A stretch of DNA of 64,000 bases, taken from the sequence record SRR20825019_2588; one strand, 5' to 3'. The position numbers and the translations under genes are program-made. Numbering within the stretch: the first letter of the stretch is position 1; the number at the start of each line of letters is the position of its first letter. The notes beneath the pieces were generated by a model. It searched no databases, was not told where the DNA came from, and worked only from the letters and a program-made list of their open reading frames with translations. Shown in pieces: positions 39,896 through 50,067 of this stretch.

Positions 39896-41287
39896 ATGGC
39901 ATTTGATATAGCAACTCAATTTGCCGAGCAAGTTTCTCTTAGCTCGCTCGTGCAAAACCTTGTCTATGCCTCCGGTACTGTCGGGGCAATCTTCGTAGTG
40001 GTCGGTTTACTACTGATTGATGCTGGCGGTGTCAGGAGGCGAAGTGCATTCAATGCGACCATTGAGAAAATGATCGGCTTTTTTATAGGGTTTTCGACTT
40101 ATTTTCTGATTGGCTTTGCGTTCTGGGCTGCACAATACTACGTCATGGTGGATTACACCTTAACAGATAGTATCAAGGACTGGTGGTTTGGCGGTGCGCT
40201 CTCCAATGAGATGGCGCAGAATGTCGACCCGGCCATTTTCCCTGGTATTAACAACTTCCAGATATTCATTTTCTTCCTGGCTTGTTTTGCCGGTATCATC
40301 AATGTGTTACTGCACTTTGCGGTATCTGAAAGAATGAAGGCGTCAGCCTATTTCATCACCAGTTTTGTGGCGACGATTGTGTCATCGATTCTGAGCTGGT
40401 GGACCTGGGGCTCTGTAGGCCCACTGACCAACCTTGGTTTCCATGACTTCTTCGGGGTGGGTTTTGTTTATCTGTTCCCTGCAGGCATGGCAATTGTCTT
40501 CACCAGAAAGCTGTCTCCACGTCCAGGTATGTTCACGGCTCACCCTAAAGTCACTGAATACAGAGAACCGAGTCTGGCATTGGTCACGGTTGGTGTGTTC
40601 AGTGTTTTCGCCAGTCTGCCAATGGTTATCCTGTCCTGCCTGTTCTTCTTTGATCCTGAAGCATTGGCGGTCAGTGTGACGATGGCTGACACCAGCGTCG
40701 GTCTGGCTTTCAATAACTTTGGTGCGGCATGGGCCGGTGGTGCATTAATGGGTGCGGTGCTGGCTTACTGGAAACGTAAATACAGCTACCTGCTGCTTGG
40801 TCCACTGGCGGGTTATGTATCAGGTGCGTCGGGTTTTGATGTTTATGTACCATGGCAGATGTTCCTGGTTGCACTGGGTGCACCGATTGTCTCGTATGTG
40901 ATTTATGAAGCCCTGCAAAAACGTCAGATTGATGACCACAAGTTGCTGCCACTGTTTGCCGGTGTCGGTTCTTACGGTTTGATCATGACGGGTTTACTGC
41001 ACATCGGTGTTCCTCGTGGTGGCTATGTGGGCATTACCGAAGGTGCCTATGCATTCCAGCATGGTGAAATCGGTGTCATGATGCAGTTTGTCGGTATTGC
41101 CGTCAGTCTGGGTATGGGTATCATCACTGCCTGGATTCTGTCATTCATCTTTGAACATACGATTGGTATGCGTGTTTCTGATGAAGATCAGGCTGAAGGT
41201 CTCGACAAGGTTAAATGGGGTATCGAACCTGATGTTGACCCTGTTGCCGAAAAATCCTCTGCGCCAGCTACCAAGGCAGCTGCCTGA
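39896..41287 (+). CDS. Atypical Amt-family transporter lacking the twin-His motif
   Basis: DAGGVR, FAVSERMK, W.W..G.L..LGFHDF.G, G.LAG.V, IDD, GMRVS.E.Q.EGLD; start moved to ATG 39896 (AAGGA RBS, downstream of the promoter). Confidence 0.85.
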   Translation: MAFDIATQFAEQVSLSSLVQNLVYASGTVGAIFVVVGLLLIDAGGVRRRSAFNATIEKMIGFFIGFSTYFLIGFAFWAAQYYVMVDYTLTDSIKDWWFGGALSNEMAQNVDPAIFPGINNFQIFIFFLACFAGIINVLLHFAVSERMKASAYFITSFVATIVSSILSWWTWGSVGPLTNLGFHDFFGVGFVYLFPAGMAIVFTRKLSPRPGMFTAHPKVTEYREPSLALVTVGVFSVFASLPMVILSCLFFFDPEALAVSVTMADTSVGLAFNNFGAAWAGGALMGAVLAYWKRKYSYLLLGPLAGYVSGASGFDVYVPWQMFLVALGAPIVSYVIYEALQKRQIDDHKLLPLFAGVGSYGLIMTGLLHIGVPRGGYVGITEGAYAFQHGEIGVMMQFVGIAVSLGMGIITAWILSFIFEHTIGMRVSDEDQAEGLDKVKWGIEPDVDPVAEKSSAPATKAAA

Positions 41288-41335
41288 GACGTGACTGAAT
41301 AATGCTGAAAAGCATTTAACTCAGCCACAATTAAG

Positions 41336-41374
41336 AGAGAGAAATTCCGGCTTCGGTCGGAATTTCTCTTTTTT
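41336..41374 (+). terminator. Rho-independent terminator with cUUCGg loop
   Basis: AGAGAAATTCCGGC-TTCG-GTCGGAATTTCTCT followed by a T-run. Confidence 0.88.
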
Positions 41375-41411
41375 GTTTGTGGCATTTTAAGCTGAGCTTA
41401 CTCGTTGTCGA

Positions 41412-41440
41412 TTGACTTCATCAGCATGAACTCCTAAGTT
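41412..41440 (+). promoter_or_regulatory. Putative sigma70 promoter
   Basis: TTGACT-N17-TAAGTT about 40 bp before the ATG at 41481. Confidence 0.5.
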
Positions 41441-41480
41441 GAATTGATTATTTACAGGTATCAGCACAAAGGAGGGCGGT

Positions 41481-42656
41481 ATGGCAGAGTATGATGAGTT
41501 CTCGACCCAGGCGATTCACGCTGGTTCGATTGATGAGCCTTTCGGCGCTGCGGTATTGCCTTTGTATGATTCCACGACCTTTAGCTTTACCGACACCGAG
41601 GCCTTGCTGGAAGTGGTGGGTGGCCAGAAGCAGGCGCCCTTTTACACACGCTACGGGATGAACCCGAGCATCACTTCTCTGGAACAAAGACTGGCTGCGC
41701 TGGACAGGGCCGAATCAGCACTGGCTTACGGCTCAGGTATGGCGGCAATCAGTTCGCTGTGCCTGGCTTTTGGCCGTGGCGGTATCCTCTGTCTGGGTGA
41801 AATCTATGGTGGCACGACGGTATTTTTGCAGCAGCAGGCCAGTCAGTTAGGTATTCACACCCGTTTTATCGCCAGTCACGATGACAAAGCGCTTGAGTCG
41901 GCGCTGGAACAGGGCGCATCGCTGGTCTATATGGAAACACCGGCCAATCCGACTCTGAAAGTGCTTGATATTGAGAAAATAGCGATACTCAGCCACCGTT
42001 ATGGCGCCCGGCTGGTGGTGGATAATACCTTTGCAACACCGATAAATCAGCAGCCTTTGTCTCTGGGGGCTGACTTAGCCGTACAAAGTGCGACCAAATA
42101 CCTGGGGGGGCACAGTGATCTGACCGCGGGAGTCGTATCCGGTAAGGACCGCGACATTAGCGAACTCAACCAGTGGCGTAAAAGCCTGGGGCAGACGATA
42201 GCGCCGGAAATCGCGCATAAACTCAAACGCAGTCTGGTCACGCTGCCACTGAGGGTGGAGCGGCATAACAGGAATGCCCAGACACTGGCGGAGTTTCTGC
42301 ATCAGCATCCAGCTGTGGAGGCGGTGTATTACCCCGGTCTGCCGTCGACGCCGGATCACGAGCTTGCTGCCCGACAGATGCAGGGCTTTGGCGGAATGCT
42401 CAGCTTTGATCTCAAAGGCAGTGGTGCCGCTGCGAGACAATTCGCTGATAGACTGAAACTAATGAAGCTGGCGCCCAGCCTGGGCGGCGCTGAAACGCTG
42501 GTCACGCAGCCGGTAACAACCTCCCATTACGGATTGCCGCAACAGTTACTTGATGAGGCCGGCATCAGTGACAGGATGATTCGTCTTTCTGTAGGACTTG
42601 AAGCAGTGCAGGATCTGATTGCTGATCTGGAACAGGCGCTGACAGTGATAGCCTAA
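41481..42656 (+). CDS. PLP-dependent trans-sulfuration enzyme (cystathionine gamma-synthase/lyase or methionine gamma-lyase family)
   Basis: YTRY..NP, SGMAAI, ETPANP, VDNTFATP, SATKYLGGHSD, SLGG.ETL, IRLSVGLE. Confidence 0.9.
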   Translation: MAEYDEFSTQAIHAGSIDEPFGAAVLPLYDSTTFSFTDTEALLEVVGGQKQAPFYTRYGMNPSITSLEQRLAALDRAESALAYGSGMAAISSLCLAFGRGGILCLGEIYGGTTVFLQQQASQLGIHTRFIASHDDKALESALEQGASLVYMETPANPTLKVLDIEKIAILSHRYGARLVVDNTFATPINQQPLSLGADLAVQSATKYLGGHSDLTAGVVSGKDRDISELNQWRKSLGQTIAPEIAHKLKRSLVTLPLRVERHNRNAQTLAEFLHQHPAVEAVYYPGLPSTPDHELAARQMQGFGGMLSFDLKGSGAAARQFADRLKLMKLAPSLGGAETLVTQPVTTSHYGLPQQLLDEAGISDRMIRLSVGLEAVQDLIADLEQALTVIA

Positions 42657-42774
42657 ATCCTGTGTGCTTGTGGGCAAATTTCCCGTCTGATTATGGTGTA
42701 TAGTCCCGATTAGGGGTTAAAGCCTAAAAAATAACAAAAATAATAAAAATCAGATGATTACAGGAGAGAGATAA

Positions 42775-44898
42775 ATGGCCAGTGTTTTAAAAACCATGCA
42801 CCACGGCGCTTGTCCGCATGACTGTCCCGACACCTGCTCGATGGTATTTGAAGTTGAAAACGGCAAGCTGCTATCTGTTAAAGGCAATGCCGACCACCCG
42901 ATGACCCGTGGCGGTCTCTGCGTCAAGCTGAAAGATTACGAAAAGCGTCACTATCATCCGGATCGGCTGCTCTATCCGCTGCGCCGGACCGGTCCTAAAG
43001 GGAGTGGTCAGTTTGAGCGTATCAGCTGGGACGAAGCCCTTGATGAAATCACCACCCGCTGGAAAGCGATTATCGACGAATACGGCCCACAGGCGATTAT
43101 TCCCTACAGCTATCTGGGTCACCAGGGGCTGGTGCATGGTCTTAACGGCGGTGACGCCTTCTTTAATAAGATGGGGGCCACGGTTTGTGAGCGGACTTTC
43201 TGTGGTGAGGGTTCCTGCACGGCCTGGCTGCTGACCGTCGGTCCGACGGCGGGGCTTGATCCGGAAAGTTATATTCATTCCAAGTTTATTGTGATCTGGG
43301 GCTGTAACTCGGTCAGCACCAATCTGCATCACTGGCATATTGTTAAAGAAGCCCAGAAACGGGGTGCCAAGGTCGTCGTTCTTGACCCGTACCGCTCGCG
43401 AACCGCCAAGGAAGCCGACTGGCATATTGCGCCCAAACCGGGTACCGACGGTGCCCTGGCTATGGCGATGATGCATACCATCATTGACGAGGGGCTGCAG
43501 GATCAGGATTACGTTGATAACTACACGGTCGGTTTTGCCGAACTGGCAGAACGGGTCAAAACCCGCACGCCGGAATGGGCCGAGAAAATCACCGGTATCC
43601 CGGCTGAAGAAATCCGGGTATTCGCGCGCGAATATGCGACCACAGAACCATCGGCGATCCGTCTGGGTGTAGCACTGGAGCGTAACTTCGGCGGTGGTCA
43701 GGCCATCCGTGCCATCACCTGCCTGCCCGGGCTGACCGGTGCCTGGCGTCATGTTGGCGGCGGTGCAACGCAGTTTCCGGTGTGGGAGCATCCCTACAAG
43801 TTTGATGTCATCAGCCGTCCGGATCTGATTCCGGAAGGCACCCGGGTGATTAATGCGATTCAAATCGGCCGTGCCCTCAATGGCGAGATGAATCTGGATG
43901 TGCCGATTAAATCGATGATGTGCTGGAATGCCAATCCGGTGACTCAGGCTGCCGAAACCGACAAGATCGTGGAAGGCCTGATGCGTGAGGATCTGTTCAT
44001 GGTTTCTGCAGAACATTTCCTGTCAGATACCGCCTCCTATGCCGATATTGTTCTGCCGGCAGCGATGGGCGCAGAAATGGAAGATATGATTCTGTCATGG
44101 GGCCACTTGTATCTGACCTATAACGAAAAATGCGCTGAGGCTCCGGGTGAAGCACTGCCCAATAATGAAATTTTCCGTCGTCTGGCGGCAAAAATGGGCT
44201 ATCAAGAAGAGAACTTCAAATGGTCTGATTCGGAGTGTCTGGAAAACTACGTTGACTGGGATGCACCGGCCTGTGATGGAATTGATCTTGATTATATGCG
44301 TCAGCACGGCTTTGCCCGGCTGAATGTCGGTACCCGTGATAACAGGGCACCACACAAAGCAGGCAATTTCCCGACACCCTCCGGCAAATGCGAGTTTATG
44401 GTCGAAGGCGCCACCAACTTTGTGGCACCGCCATTCCGGCAGATGTATGAAGGTTTCCAACCGGGCGAGCCTATCGACAGTCTGCCGGATTATGTACCGT
44501 CACGGGAAACACCCGAGTCCAATCCGACACTGGCCAGCGAGTACCCGCTCAACATCATCTCGCCCAAGAGCCATGGCTTTCTGAACTCCTGCTATGCCAA
44601 TATCGAAGACAAGATCAAAGGCCAGGGAGAACAGTTTGTCATGATCAATGCGGCGGATGCGGATATGCGCAATATCCAGAGCGGTGACAAGGTACGTGTT
44701 TTTAATCAGCGTGGCGCTTTTGAAGGTCTGGCACAGATAACTGACGATGTCAGTCCGGGTATTGTGGTTGCTACCCTGGGCTATTGGCGGCAGCTCAATA
44801 AAGGCACGGTTAACTGTGTCAGTTCGGCCGAATTTGTCGATATGGGTCATGCACCGACCTTTACCGATAATCTGGTTCAGGTCAGCCTGGCGAGCTGA
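42775..44898 (+). CDS. Cytoplasmic Mo-bisPGD oxidoreductase (DMSO reductase superfamily) with N-terminal [4Fe-4S]
   Basis: CPHDCPDTC..LCVK, RLLYPL.R, ISWDEALD, ADIVLPA; no Tat signal. Confidence 0.88.
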   Translation: MASVLKTMHHGACPHDCPDTCSMVFEVENGKLLSVKGNADHPMTRGGLCVKLKDYEKRHYHPDRLLYPLRRTGPKGSGQFERISWDEALDEITTRWKAIIDEYGPQAIIPYSYLGHQGLVHGLNGGDAFFNKMGATVCERTFCGEGSCTAWLLTVGPTAGLDPESYIHSKFIVIWGCNSVSTNLHHWHIVKEAQKRGAKVVVLDPYRSRTAKEADWHIAPKPGTDGALAMAMMHTIIDEGLQDQDYVDNYTVGFAELAERVKTRTPEWAEKITGIPAEEIRVFAREYATTEPSAIRLGVALERNFGGGQAIRAITCLPGLTGAWRHVGGGATQFPVWEHPYKFDVISRPDLIPEGTRVINAIQIGRALNGEMNLDVPIKSMMCWNANPVTQAAETDKIVEGLMREDLFMVSAEHFLSDTASYADIVLPAAMGAEMEDMILSWGHLYLTYNEKCAEAPGEALPNNEIFRRLAAKMGYQEENFKWSDSECLENYVDWDAPACDGIDLDYMRQHGFARLNVGTRDNRAPHKAGNFPTPSGKCEFMVEGATNFVAPPFRQMYEGFQPGEPIDSLPDYVPSRETPESNPTLASEYPLNIISPKSHGFLNSCYANIEDKIKGQGEQFVMINAADADMRNIQSGDKVRVFNQRGAFEGLAQITDDVSPGIVVATLGYWRQLNKGTVNCVSSAEFVDMGHAPTFTDNLVQVSLAS

Positions 44899-44924
44899 TC
44901 ATAACTGCTTTGAGCGCTTTTTTT

Positions 44925-44957
44925 CTGACCTGCGCCGGTTGACCCGGTGCAGGTCAG
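44925..44957 (+). other. Stem-loop after the Mo-oxidoreductase gene
   Basis: CTGACCTGCGCCGG-TTGAC-CCGGTGCAGGTCAG; no downstream U-tract. Confidence 0.5.
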
Positions 44958-45012
44958 TCCCGTTATAGTGATCTTATTAAACTGTGTAATAAGATGATTT
45001 AACGGGAGTCAT

Positions 45013-45534
45013 ATGAAGTTATTGTTGAAATTGCTTGTTTCATTCAGCCTCTTGGTATCGGGCACCGTGCTGGCTGACAGCAAAGTCGCGGTCCTTGATA
45101 TGGAACTGCTGAACCTGACAATGGCATTGAGCGATCCGCAGAAAAACGCAGACATCGCTGCCAATGATGAGCGCAATGTGGCACTGACAGAGTCACTGGT
45201 GCGTGAAGGGTTTGAAAAACGGGATCAGTATGAGCTGATCAGGATTGACGACAAAGCGCATAAAAAAGCCGATAAAGGCGTGGGGTTTCTGTTTGACCGG
45301 CCCGAGGCGGCCGCCAGCCTGGGTCAGAAGTTCGGTGCCGATTATATTGTGGTCGGCCGCTATCACAAACCGACCTACCTGTTTTCCTACATCATGCTCC
45401 GCGTTGTCGACGTGAGTTCGGGTGAGTTGCTACAGGAATTCAAAACCGAAGTGAAAGGGCGTCCACAGGAAACGATCCCGAGAAATATCGAGAATGTGAT
45501 GACAGAGATAGATGAGATGCTGTCTTCACGCTGA
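45013..45534 (+). CDS. Exported protein, DUF3280/DUF2380-like
   Basis: Signal peptide; VAVLDMEL, LG.K.GADYIVVG..K.T.L...I...VVDV.SG. Confidence 0.65.
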   Translation: MKLLLKLLVSFSLLVSGTVLADSKVAVLDMELLNLTMALSDPQKNADIAANDERNVALTESLVREGFEKRDQYELIRIDDKAHKKADKGVGFLFDRPEAAASLGQKFGADYIVVGRYHKPTYLFSYIMLRVVDVSSGELLQEFKTEVKGRPQETIPRNIENVMTEIDEMLSSR

Positions 45535-45588
45535 AGCGATTCTGTAGTTATAGATGAGTAACAGCTTGAACTTTCATCAACGCCAACT

Positions 45589-46122
45589 GTGAGTGAAGCA
45601 ACTCAGACAGAGCAAACAGGCCAGCGCGAGAAGGTGATCTATTTTGCCTATGGCTCCAATATGTCCAGCCGTCGCCTGCAGGCCAGGGTGCCATCAGCAG
45701 CAGTGTATGGCAGGGCTGTGCTTTATGGATATCAATTGCGTTTTCATAAACACAGTCTGGTGGATAATTCTGCCAAATGTGATGCCTATGAAACCGGTGA
45801 TCCGAATGATCTGACCCGGGGCGTGCTGTTCTTGTTTGATGCTGATGAACAGGCTCAGCTGGATATGTGTGAGGGCGAGGGCTACAAAGTCGTTCAGGTT
45901 GAAGTCGAGACGGAAGATGGCAGACGGCTAGAGGCACTGACTTATCTTGCTGTCCTGATCGATGCTGAACTCAGGCCTTACCCCTGGTATAAGCGTCATG
46001 TGCTGGAAGGGGCCCGTGAGCATGCGTTGCCCGCTGAGTATATTGCCTGGATTGAATCTGTTGTTACTCAGGAAGACAACAATCGTGAACGTTGTGAGCG
46101 CGAGCTGGCTCTTTATCGTTGA
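45589..46122 (+). CDS. Gamma-glutamylcyclotransferase family protein
   Basis: YFAYGSNM, LD..EG, P...Y...VL.GA.EH.LP..Y. Confidence 0.88.
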   Translation: MSEATQTEQTGQREKVIYFAYGSNMSSRRLQARVPSAAVYGRAVLYGYQLRFHKHSLVDNSAKCDAYETGDPNDLTRGVLFLFDADEQAQLDMCEGEGYKVVQVEVETEDGRRLEALTYLAVLIDAELRPYPWYKRHVLEGAREHALPAEYIAWIESVVTQEDNNRERCERELALYR

Positions 46123-46230
46123 GGCGAGACAAACGTGGGCAGTTCAGCCTGAATAAGGACGAATAAATTGCTTTCTGCCCTTACTGTCGCATGGTAACCT
46201 TACAGCTTATCAGGACATTGTGACATTTCT

Positions 46231-46851
46231 ATGCAAAACGTATTCAAACTGGATGCACTGGCGAGTGCGCTGCTGAAAACTGACCCTTATCCCTATTTCA
46301 CGGTCGACAGCGCGATCGATTCAGATAAAGTCGACGATATCATCAAAGCGTTTCCCGCTATCAATGACGGTGGCAGCTACAATATCGATGATGTTGAGAT
46401 GCATCCGACTTTCAAGTCCCTGATCGATTCTATCGACACGCCTGAATTTCGGCGCATTATCTGTGACAAGTTTGATGTCCGGGTCATGGACCTGCCGATG
46501 ATGATGACCTTGCGTGGTTATTCACGCAAGAAAGATGGCCGTATTCATACTGACTCCAAAACCAAGGTGGCAACGATTCTGATTTATCTTAATCAGGATT
46601 GGCCGGCAGAAACCGGTCGGTTGCGGGTGCTACGCAGTGGGCATGATATGGAAGATTATGTCGAGGAAATTACCCCGGGTCCGGGCAGTCTTATGGCTTT
46701 TAAAGTCACAGATAACTGCTGGCATGGTTATCCCAGTTTCGAAGGCAAACGCCAGTCGATCCAAATCAATTTTCTGACCAGCGAAGCGGCCGGTAACAAA
46801 CATCGCTTCTTTCACCGGCTGAGCGCCAAGCTGAAATCTTTATTCAAATAA
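46231..46851 (+). CDS. 2OG-Fe(II) oxygenase superfamily protein
   Basis: IHTD, LIYLN..W, WHG...R.SIQ. Confidence 0.85.
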   Translation: MQNVFKLDALASALLKTDPYPYFTVDSAIDSDKVDDIIKAFPAINDGGSYNIDDVEMHPTFKSLIDSIDTPEFRRIICDKFDVRVMDLPMMMTLRGYSRKKDGRIHTDSKTKVATILIYLNQDWPAETGRLRVLRSGHDMEDYVEEITPGPGSLMAFKVTDNCWHGYPSFEGKRQSIQINFLTSEAAGNKHRFFHRLSAKLKSLFK

Positions 46852-47059
46852 GCCTGCCATCGACGGTAGGCTAATCGCGGAACACTGGCTGTTCCCACCT
46901 GTCCTAATCGCATGCCGATTCACTTGCCGGCATGCTGGTTTTGTGACTTCACTGTCATCAGATTCGCCCGCAGGGATGCTATAGTAGACTCAGAATCATT
47001 GATCAACGCATCGTACCCCTGCAGTGGCGTAAGACATCAATTTCGGAGAATCAATCTAG

Positions 47060-49213
47060 ATGAGCGACCAACCGGGACCGATCTACATCGCCCTAATCAG
47101 TGTTCACGGACTAATCCGCGGACGGAATCTGGAACTGGGACGGGATGCAGATACCGGTGGTCAAACGCTCTATGTGCTGGAGTTGGCCCAGGCCCTGTCC
47201 GAACGGCCCGACGTCGCCCAGGTGGATTTGATTACCCGCCGCATCGAAGATGAACATGTCTCTCCCGATTACGCCGAAGAGCTGGAAATCATCAATGACA
47301 AGTTTCGTATTGTCAGAATTGAGGCCGGTCCCGATGAGTACATTTACAAAGAACATCTCTGGGACCACCTTGATGTGTTTGCTGACAATCTCGCTGACTT
47401 TTTCCGTGAGCAGGACCAGTTTCCCGACCTGATTCACAGCCATTATGCCGATGCCGGCCTGGTCGGTTCCCACGTAGCTAACCTGCTGGGCATTCCTCTG
47501 GTGCATACCGGTCACTCGCTGGGACGGGTGAAGCGCCGGCGATTGCTGGCCAGCGGCCTGAGTGCCGATCAGATTGAAGCGCTTTACAACATGTCACGCC
47601 GGGTCGAGGCCGAAGAAATCACCTTGGCTACGGCAGAGCGGGTCATTACCAGCACGCATCAGGAAATCGAAGAACAATACGAAATCTACGATCATTACCA
47701 GCCTGAACAGATGCGGGTTATTCCTCCGGGCACCAATATCAAGCAGTTTAAACCTCCGGTCGGAGGAGAACTGGAAGATGACTTATTCAGTTACCTCAGT
47801 GCTCACCTGACAGTCCCCGATAAACCGATCATTCTGGCTTTATCACGACCGGACAAACGGAAAAATATCGGGGTGCTGATTGAGGCGTATGGGGAGTCTG
47901 AAGAACTTCAGCAACTCGCGAACCTGGTGATTATTGCCGGTAACCGTGATGACATTGATGATCTGGAGCATGGTGCCCAGGAAGTATTTCACGAACTGCT
48001 GGTGACCATCGATCGTTATGATTTATATGGCAAGGTGGCCTTACCCAAACACCACAAACGCGATCAGGTACCCATGATTTACCGCATTGCCGCGGCTTCC
48101 GGCGGGGTATTTGTCAATCCGGCTTTAACGGAACCCTTTGGCTTAACACTAATAGAGGCTGCCGCCTCTGGCCTGCCGATTGTCGCGACCGAAGATGGCG
48201 GTCCCAGGGATATCATCGGTAACTGTCATAACGGCATTCTGATTGATCCGCTGGAAGCGACGACGATCACTGATGCACTACTGAACCTGCTCTCGGATAA
48301 TGCCACCTGGAACCTGTTTTCACGTCAGGGGCTGGATGGGGTCGCCAAGCATTACTCCTGGCAGGCGCATGCGGAACGTTATCTGGAACTGGTCAGACCG
48401 ATTGCCGAGCGGGCAGACTTTCTGCATCGCAAACCGCTGGAGCGAACCAGCCAGATGTATGCCGAGCGGGCGCTGGTCAGTGATCTGGATCTCAATCTCA
48501 TCGGTGATGATGATTCATTGCAGGAACTGCTCAGTCTGTTGCGCGTGAACCGCAAGAACACCAAATTTGCCATCGCCACTGGTCGTCGACTGGATGTGGC
48601 GCTGCGCCTGATGAAAAAACACCAGATCCCGGAACCGGACATTCTGATCACCAGCTCCGGCACCGAAATTTACTACGCCCCTAAATTGACACCGGACAAA
48701 GGTTGGGCTGAACATATCGACTATCACTGGACGCCACATAAAATCAGGCCTTTACTGGATGATTATCCAGGGCTGGAAAGGCAGCCGAAAGCGGAACAGA
48801 GTCGTTTTAAACTCAGTTACTACATTGATCCGGAAGAGGCGGATATTGAGGATATCAAACGTCTGCTTCACCAGGAGGAACAATCAGTTCATGCCCAGCT
48901 CGCATTCGGCCAGTATCTTGATATCATGCCGATCCGCGCTTCCAAGGGCATGGCGCTGCGTTATGTCGCCGATCGCTGGCAGATACCGCTGGAACATATA
49001 CTGGTAGTGGGCGGTTCCGGTGCTGATGAAGATATGATGCGCGGCAACACCCTGGCAGCGGTGGTTGCCAACCGACACCATGAAGAACTATCGCAACTGG
49101 TGGATACCGACCGGATCTATTTTGCCACTGAACCGCATGCGGCCGGCATTCTGGAAGCACTGGCCCATTACCAGTTCTTTGATCTCGTCAAAAACAAGAA
49201 AGCACTGTCATGA
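47060..49213 (+). CDS. sps: Sucrose-phosphate synthase (GT4 + HAD-like domain)
   Basis: SVHGLIRG.NLELGRDADTGGQ..YV, HSHYADAG, HTGHSLG, LSRPD.RKN, NPALTEPFGLTLIEAAA. Confidence 0.95.
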   Translation: MSDQPGPIYIALISVHGLIRGRNLELGRDADTGGQTLYVLELAQALSERPDVAQVDLITRRIEDEHVSPDYAEELEIINDKFRIVRIEAGPDEYIYKEHLWDHLDVFADNLADFFREQDQFPDLIHSHYADAGLVGSHVANLLGIPLVHTGHSLGRVKRRRLLASGLSADQIEALYNMSRRVEAEEITLATAERVITSTHQEIEEQYEIYDHYQPEQMRVIPPGTNIKQFKPPVGGELEDDLFSYLSAHLTVPDKPIILALSRPDKRKNIGVLIEAYGESEELQQLANLVIIAGNRDDIDDLEHGAQEVFHELLVTIDRYDLYGKVALPKHHKRDQVPMIYRIAAASGGVFVNPALTEPFGLTLIEAAASGLPIVATEDGGPRDIIGNCHNGILIDPLEATTITDALLNLLSDNATWNLFSRQGLDGVAKHYSWQAHAERYLELVRPIAERADFLHRKPLERTSQMYAERALVSDLDLNLIGDDDSLQELLSLLRVNRKNTKFAIATGRRLDVALRLMKKHQIPEPDILITSSGTEIYYAPKLTPDKGWAEHIDYHWTPHKIRPLLDDYPGLERQPKAEQSRFKLSYYIDPEEADIEDIKRLLHQEEQSVHAQLAFGQYLDIMPIRASKGMALRYVADRWQIPLEHILVVGGSGADEDMMRGNTLAAVVANRHHEELSQLVDTDRIYFATEPHAAGILEALAHYQFFDLVKNKKALS

Positions 49214-50067
49214 AAGAACCCAAACTGTTGCTTTGTACCGATATGGATCGGACGATTATTCCCAACGGGTTTCAGCCAGAGCCGCCTGAAGCTCGACGTG
49301 AGTTTAACCGCTTTTGCGGCAGGTCTGATGTCAAGCTGGTGTACGTGACAGGACGTCATGTCTCACTGGTCAAACGGGCCATCAAAAACTACGCTTTGCC
49401 TGAGCCTGATTTTGCCATCACCGATGTCGGCACCAAAATCTACCAGATAGGCAAGGGCAGCTGGCAGCAAATGGCGGACTGGGAAGCGGAAATCGACCAA
49501 GACTGGCATGGTAGAACCCATGCTCAGCTTAAAGCCATTCTGAAACCTATCAGTGAATTGCGCTTGCAGGAGAGCAGTAAGCAAAACACGCATAAACTGA
49601 GTTATTACCTGCCGCTCTACCTTGATAAAGACAGTATTATTGCCCGCATTGAGGCTTTTCTGACTGATGCCGGCGTAGAGGCCAGCATTCTGTGGAGCGT
49701 GGATGAGCCCAAAAACATCGGTCTGCTTGATGTGCTGCCCCGCAATGCCACTAAACTGCATGCGATCGATTTTTTAAAGAACAAACTGGGCTACGATCTG
49801 AAGGAAGTGATCTTCGCCGGTGACAGTGGCAATGATCTGCCGGTGCTGACCAGTGGTATACAGTCGGTGCTGGTGGCCAATGCCAGTGAAGAAATAAAAA
49901 AAGCAGCACAGCAGTTATCGCAGCATAACGGCCATGTCGACGCGCTCTATCTCGCCAGCAATGAACCGCAGCAACATAACGGTAATTATTCGGCCGGTGT
50001 ACTGCAGGGCGTATTTCATTATTCCCCTTATTTCGCAGAGACAAGCAATACAGAGAAATTGTCATGA
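49210..50067 (+). CDS. spp: Sucrose-phosphate phosphatase (HAD-IIB)
   Basis: DMDRT, VTGR, DVGT, LLDVLP..ATK, GDSGND; ATGA overlap with sps. Confidence 0.85.
   Translation: MKEPKLLLCTDMDRTIIPNGFQPEPPEARREFNRFCGRSDVKLVYVTGRHVSLVKRAIKNYALPEPDFAITDVGTKIYQIGKGSWQQMADWEAEIDQDWHGRTHAQLKAILKPISELRLQESSKQNTHKLSYYLPLYLDKDSIIARIEAFLTDAGVEASILWSVDEPKNIGLLDVLPRNATKLHAIDFLKNKLGYDLKEVIFAGDSGNDLPVLTSGIQSVLVANASEEIKKAAQQLSQHNGHVDALYLASNEPQQHNGNYSAGVLQGVFHYSPYFAETSNTEKLS

Noticed and set aside
42701-42719. Palindrome TAGTCCC-GATTA-GGGGTTA as another NarL-type box
   Set aside because: Spacing is 7-5-7 and it lacks the 14-bp/-35/-10 geometry.
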